Shown here: positions 60,675 through 64,000 of the stretch, one piece after another
How positions within the stretch are numbered: position 1 is the stretch's first letter
How the letters are laid out: each line of letters opens with the position of its first letter
From: Fidelibacterota bacterium
GTDB taxonomy: Bacteria; Fidelibacterota; UBA8477; JABMPR01
DNA length: 64,000 nt
Assembly (NCBI GenBank): GCA_018673925.1
Contig: JABHBL010000088.1
Location: 2,516-66,515, forward strand
Reading direction: 5' to 3'
The notes under the pieces: generated by a model
What the model saw: the letters and a program-made list of their open reading frames with translations, nothing else
Database searches by the model: none
What the model was told of the DNA's origin: nothing
Position numbers and translations under genes: made by a program

Positions 60675-61073
60675 ATGAAAAGAAATAGTGGTTTTTCACT
60701 AGTCGAGCTGATGATCGTGATTGTGATCATTGGTGTTTTGGCAGCTGTTGCAGTGCCAATCTATAGTAACAATGTAATGAAAGCTAAAATGAGTGAAGCT
60801 GATGCTGCTCTTGGTAGTATCATAACACAACTTCGTGTGTATTATGGCGAAAATGGGCAGTATCCAAGTCCATACACAGATGTTGCAGTAGTAGGTGCAG
60901 CCTGGAACGACATCAATACTGGCGAGCTTGCTGGTAAATACTTCGGAGATGCACAGTATACATATACAAGTGCTGCCGTTGATTCTTTCACCATTACTTG
61001 TGCTGCCAATGGCATTCTGGAGGCGGCTCGTACGCTTGACCAGTCTGGAACCTTAGCAGGCGGTACTAATTAG
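60675..61073 (+). CDS. Major type IV pilin / T2SS major pseudopilin (PilA/GspG-like) with class III prepilin signal
   Basis: MKRNSG|FSLVELMIVIVIIGVLAAVAVP gives G-1, F+1, E+5. Strong AGGAGG RBS 8 nt upstream. A single Cys, so no disulfide D-region, which is GspG-like. Confidence 0.85.
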   Translation: MKRNSGFSLVELMIVIVIIGVLAAVAVPIYSNNVMKAKMSEADAALGSIITQLRVYYGENGQYPSPYTDVAVVGAAWNDINTGELAGKYFGDAQYTYTSAAVDSFTITCAANGILEAARTLDQSGTLAGGTN

Positions 61074-61096
61074 TAACACCCTTTAGGGTAGGATAT

Positions 61097-61525
61097 TTGA
61101 CATTGAGGAATAATCAAGGTTATACCCTCGTTGAGGTTATGGTCTCAGCCACGCTTCTTGCAATCATTGTTCTAGGTACTATGCAGTACTTCACATTGAG
61201 TCGCTGGGAAGTTGAAAAGGGGATCAGAGCTCAACTAGCATGGGCAGATATGGCCTCCCGCATGGAAAAAGCCATCGACCTTGGTTATGATTCACTTCAA
61301 GATAGTCTACCTGAAACTTCGGTATCCCTGGTACTTAACGGTATACAGGGATACCGTACTACTATCGTCACCTCAATCGATGATAGCTCCGATGGATATT
61401 GGCCCGCAGACACCTCCCAACCCGATTACTACGATGTAACTATTAAATTTGCCTGGTTTACCACCGACAACATCACTGATAGTCTTAGCTGCAGTTTCTC
61501 TGAGGAACGTGGCTGGACTTATTGA
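61097..61525 (+). CDS. Minor (pseudo)pilin with prepilin-type N-terminal cleavage/methylation domain (TTG start)
   Basis: MTLRNNQG|YTLVEVMVSATLLAIIVLG gives G-1 and E+5. Confidence 0.7.
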   Translation: MTLRNNQGYTLVEVMVSATLLAIIVLGTMQYFTLSRWEVEKGIRAQLAWADMASRMEKAIDLGYDSLQDSLPETSVSLVLNGIQGYRTTIVTSIDDSSDGYWPADTSQPDYYDVTIKFAWFTTDNITDSLSCSFSEERGWTY

Positions 61526-61531
61526 TGACTC

Positions 61532-62035
61532 ATGTCCTTCCGCAATAATAAAGGTTTTTCTCTTGTTGAACTGACATCCGCAATGGTAGCCAGTGCAATT
61601 TTAGTTATCGGATTTGGCTCGGTGATCGTGATGAGCCGTCAACAATTGTCTGATACGAATACCCGTGTAGGATTAGGTTACGATCAGGTCATTGTTGATC
61701 GTTATATCCGCACAAAACTCACCTCCACAGTTAGTGACTCCATGCGAATTTATGCTGACGCAGCTGATGAATTATCCAATACGACAAGTACTTCCGGAAC
61801 TATTCTAAGGGCCGTTGATGCAGACTCAAGTATTTACCACCTAGATCTTACCAATAATACGTTACTCTGGGTAACTGATGACTCCATCTCTCATAACCCC
61901 GTCGATTCTGAGATTTCAGACCTTCTTTTTACTGAGAGAGTTGGCAATATTGGCAAAATTTTAAATGTTAGTATGAATTTAATCTCCGATGAAGATACGC
62001 TCGAAGTCACCTGGAGCATCACCCTCAGAAATTAG
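61532..62035 (+). CDS. Minor (pseudo)pilin with prepilin-type N-terminal domain (GspJ/H or PilW-like)
   Basis: MSFRNNKG|FSLVELTSAMVASAILVIG gives G-1, F+1, E+5. Confidence 0.75.
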   Translation: MSFRNNKGFSLVELTSAMVASAILVIGFGSVIVMSRQQLSDTNTRVGLGYDQVIVDRYIRTKLTSTVSDSMRIYADAADELSNTTSTSGTILRAVDADSSIYHLDLTNNTLLWVTDDSISHNPVDSEISDLLFTERVGNIGKILNVSMNLISDEDTLEVTWSITLRN

Positions 62036-62844
62036 CTTTACCCTCTTTCAAATTGGACACCCCAATTCACTAGCTCTGCTTGATTAGATTTTCCTATCAC
62101 ATTTTCTCCATAACTCAAATCAGTTGAGATTATTCGCCTATAAGTAACACGACCGATCCGAATGCAACATTTCAGCACAGCATGTTACTTCGATGCAACT
62201 TTTGAAATTATGAAAGCATGCTTCCCAGCCTTGTCCGTAATTTGATTTCAATCTCAAACACATTTCCACTTATCCTGGTAGATAACTAAGATGCTCTAAC
62301 CCTGAGAGTGACCTAGAAGGGGTTGCATTATAGCATGAAGGGATGACTAGGTATTTTACCTCGCGTTATACCCCCTCTGACGGTCGGCTATTATGAAGAG
62401 GCACACATAGTCCATATATCTAAAGGATCCCCTCCAGATGGATATATGGACGAGATTGCAGCACCTCACAGACAAAGATAGCTATTTCAGGCCCTCATTC
62501 AGGCTATAAAAACAATGCTCAGTCAAGGTGAATCAGATATTGACTACTATTTATTGTATTTACACCCCATTATATACTTATAGTTCTACATATAAGAGAG
62601 TACCTTGAATTAAATCTCATCAATTATCGTAATATTTTGATTACATAGTCCCTGGATAAGGACGATTCACCTGCTTGGCTTATCGCGATTTTACACATCG
62701 CAGCTGGATATGCATACAAATTATTACAGTTGCTTATCATATTGTATCTTTTGTACTTATGCTGTGCTTAATCTCGATTTTCTGTGGTATTTCCACCCTT
62801 TTAGCCCACTTTTCTACTGATATTTTTAGATTTGGTTATAATTA

Positions 62845-62925
62845 TATGACATATTTTGATTACAATGCGACTGGTTTGTGACATAATTATGACGTGATTT
62901 TAGATATGCATATTTTTATGACATG
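62845..62925. promoter_or_regulatory. Four near-palindromic TTATGAC[A/G]T repeats spaced 32, 11 and 30 bp (same helical face), 45-125 bp upstream of a sigma54-like element
   Basis: tatgacat at 62845-62852, tgacat at 62879-62884, ttatgacgt at 62887-62895, ttatgacat at 62917-62925. Confidence 0.25.
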
Positions 62926-62969
62926 CTTATCTAGTTGTTTTTTTTGGTCTTATCCCCCTGTTGAAATCT

Positions 62970-62985
62970 TGGCACAGCATTTGAA
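62970..62985 (+). promoter_or_regulatory. Sigma54-like -24/-12 element TGGCAC-N5-TTGA, 13 bp upstream of ATG 62998
   Basis: TGGCACAGCATTTGAA: perfect -24 TGGCAC and spacing; -12 GA instead of GC. Confidence 0.25.
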
Positions 62986-62997
62986 TATATAATAGGC

Positions 62998-63972
62998 ATG
63001 TTAGTAGCCGTATTAATGATCTTCACAATCTTTTCCTTCACCGGTGTTGCCGTATTGAATGTGTCGTATCTGTCTAACTCCAACTCAATGGAAACCATCA
63101 ACAACATCAAACTTCAGTATGCAACTGAGTCTTCTATTAATGAAGCCTTATGGCGCATCAACACTGGAGTTGACTCTTTAGTGAATTCAGAAGTTGATGG
63201 CGTTATCACTACATGGGACGCTTCATTAAACGTTCTGTCAGTGAACGTTGATAAATTCCAGATGGAATCAGAGATTTTATTAGACCTTTCTGAAGATACT
63301 CACTTTGACCGTGCCCTGGCTTCTGATGAGACTATTACTACTAATGATTATGCAGTGGATGCTGACGATGAAAATCAGTCACGCTTCTTTAGCTTCATGC
63401 CTGAAGTTGATCTTGCTTACTTTACTGACAATGCAGTTGCTACTCATACCCAGAGCTGGTATCAGTGGAATGATTTAGAAGAAGATGATTTCGGTGGAGA
63501 AGGAATCCACGTCTTCACTGGTTGGTTTATTGAATTAAAGAACTGTAGCTTTGAGAACAGCACTCTGGTTTTCACTGGACGTTACATAAATTTTGAACAT
63601 CAGAATGAAATCGATGCTCCTGTTCCTGTTGACAGTGCCGATGCAATGCCTGCTTTAGTTTTCACCAACCCTGACAATTACTTTGAGATCGAAGCTGAAG
63701 GTAAGAACTATGATCGCGAAGATAAGATCAATGGCGCCATCTACACTGCTGGAACTATCGTACTGAAGAAGGGCGAGCTCAGCGGACCCATCGTTGGTAA
63801 GACCATCACCATGGAACACGGTGAAGAGTATAACAACCAGATCGATTTCAAAGATACCGAGCATCCAAAACATTATCGCTGGACCAAGGGTTTCAAACAT
63901 AAAAAGCATTATGACTGGCCAAAACAGATCGGTCGCTGGAAAACTAAGAAGTGGGGAAAGAAACACGCCTAA
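62998..63972 (+). CDS. GspK/PilX-like protein (N-terminal hydrophobic pilin-like helix without canonical G/E prepilin cleavage motif), hypothetical
   Basis: 324 aa (GspK-sized), N-terminal MLVAVLMIFTIFSFTGVAVLNVS. It follows the pseudopilin genes in G..J..K order. There is no upstream in-frame alternative start (stop at 62962). Confidence 0.35.
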   Translation: MLVAVLMIFTIFSFTGVAVLNVSYLSNSNSMETINNIKLQYATESSINEALWRINTGVDSLVNSEVDGVITTWDASLNVLSVNVDKFQMESEILLDLSEDTHFDRALASDETITTNDYAVDADDENQSRFFSFMPEVDLAYFTDNAVATHTQSWYQWNDLEEDDFGGEGIHVFTGWFIELKNCSFENSTLVFTGRYINFEHQNEIDAPVPVDSADAMPALVFTNPDNYFEIEAEGKNYDREDKINGAIYTAGTIVLKKGELSGPIVGKTITMEHGEEYNNQIDFKDTEHPKHYRWTKGFKHKKHYDWPKQIGRWKTKKWGKKHA

Positions 63973-64000
63973 ACTTTAAGTCTGCTTAACAACCCGCTTA

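Noticed and set aside
62675-62881. 68-aa hydrophobic ORF in the 960-bp spacer
   Set aside because: The T-rich sequence yields Phe/Ile/Leu-rich frames by composition alone, and there is no RBS. It is kept only as a possibility under the spacer finding.

Overview
This is a 64-kb window of bacterial chromosome, moderately AT-rich by eye, with about 48 densely packed protein genes and one tRNA. Most genes are housekeeping or envelope functions. I found no CRISPR array, transposase, integrase or rRNA. A classic T9SS C-terminal sorting domain at 14451..15713, a Y_Y_Y hybrid two-component regulator and several OMP/lipoprotein genes indicate an FCB-group-like organism (Bacteroidetes, Ignavibacteria, Marinimicrobia or similar). 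This is inference from the sequence only.

Reading left to right:
- 1..713: partial Spondin_N-like lipoprotein.
- 909..3103: OmpR-type two-component system.
- 3459..7772: a single 1437-aa gene with two BadF/BcrA-type activase ATPase domains fused to a dehydratase-D-like domain.
- 7844..12925: acyltransferase_3, then a TPAT-type TRAP transporter (TatT-like TPR lipoprotein, DctP-like binding protein, fused DctQM permease).
- 13406..19987: DUF1684 lipoprotein, a T9SS-secreted five-bladed propeller with near-identical blades, and a 1369-aa Y_Y_Y/AraC hybrid two-component regulator. TGGAAC direct repeats phased at 21 bp occur at two loci here.
- 20134..20426: tRNA-Asn, with a 22-nt copy of its 3' end plus a flanking terminator and spacer 164 bp away.
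- 20479..36365: mostly a minus-strand collinear array. It holds HIT, EF-G family GTPase, GAF-PP2C phosphatase, a 96-aa unknown, ManC, DapF, Big_5 lipoprotein, SfsA, Tgt, RadA, a solitary MlaE and a 1054-aa peptidase-MA/PD40/beta-barrel outer-membrane protein.
- 36505..49167: LpxH-like phosphoesterase, HEAT lipoprotein, two tandem PPK2 polyphosphate kinases (the second with a K/P/A-rich basic tail), TonB-dependent-receptor-like OMP, NUDIX, MarR, flavin reductase, ABC-F, pyrimidine-nucleoside phosphorylase and gamma-CA-like protein.
- 49340..55450: suf operon sufBCDS-sufU-sufT with a terminal Rrf2 regulator.
- 55653..63972: type-IV-filament cluster. It has an orphan sigma54 enhancer-binding response regulator, GspE/PilB ATPase, GspF/PilC platform, a major (pseudo)pilin, two minor prepilins, a 960-bp ORF-free AT-rich spacer and a GspK/PilX-like protein.

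The pilin-like genes are preceded by TGGCA-N6-TTG[A/T] elements (sigma54-like with a non-consensus -12) and ATG-N-CAT palindromic repeats. These are the most plausible previously undescribed regulatory signals I can point to, together with the TGGAAC repeats.

I have no tools, so every family call rests on motifs read from the translations. No database search was run.
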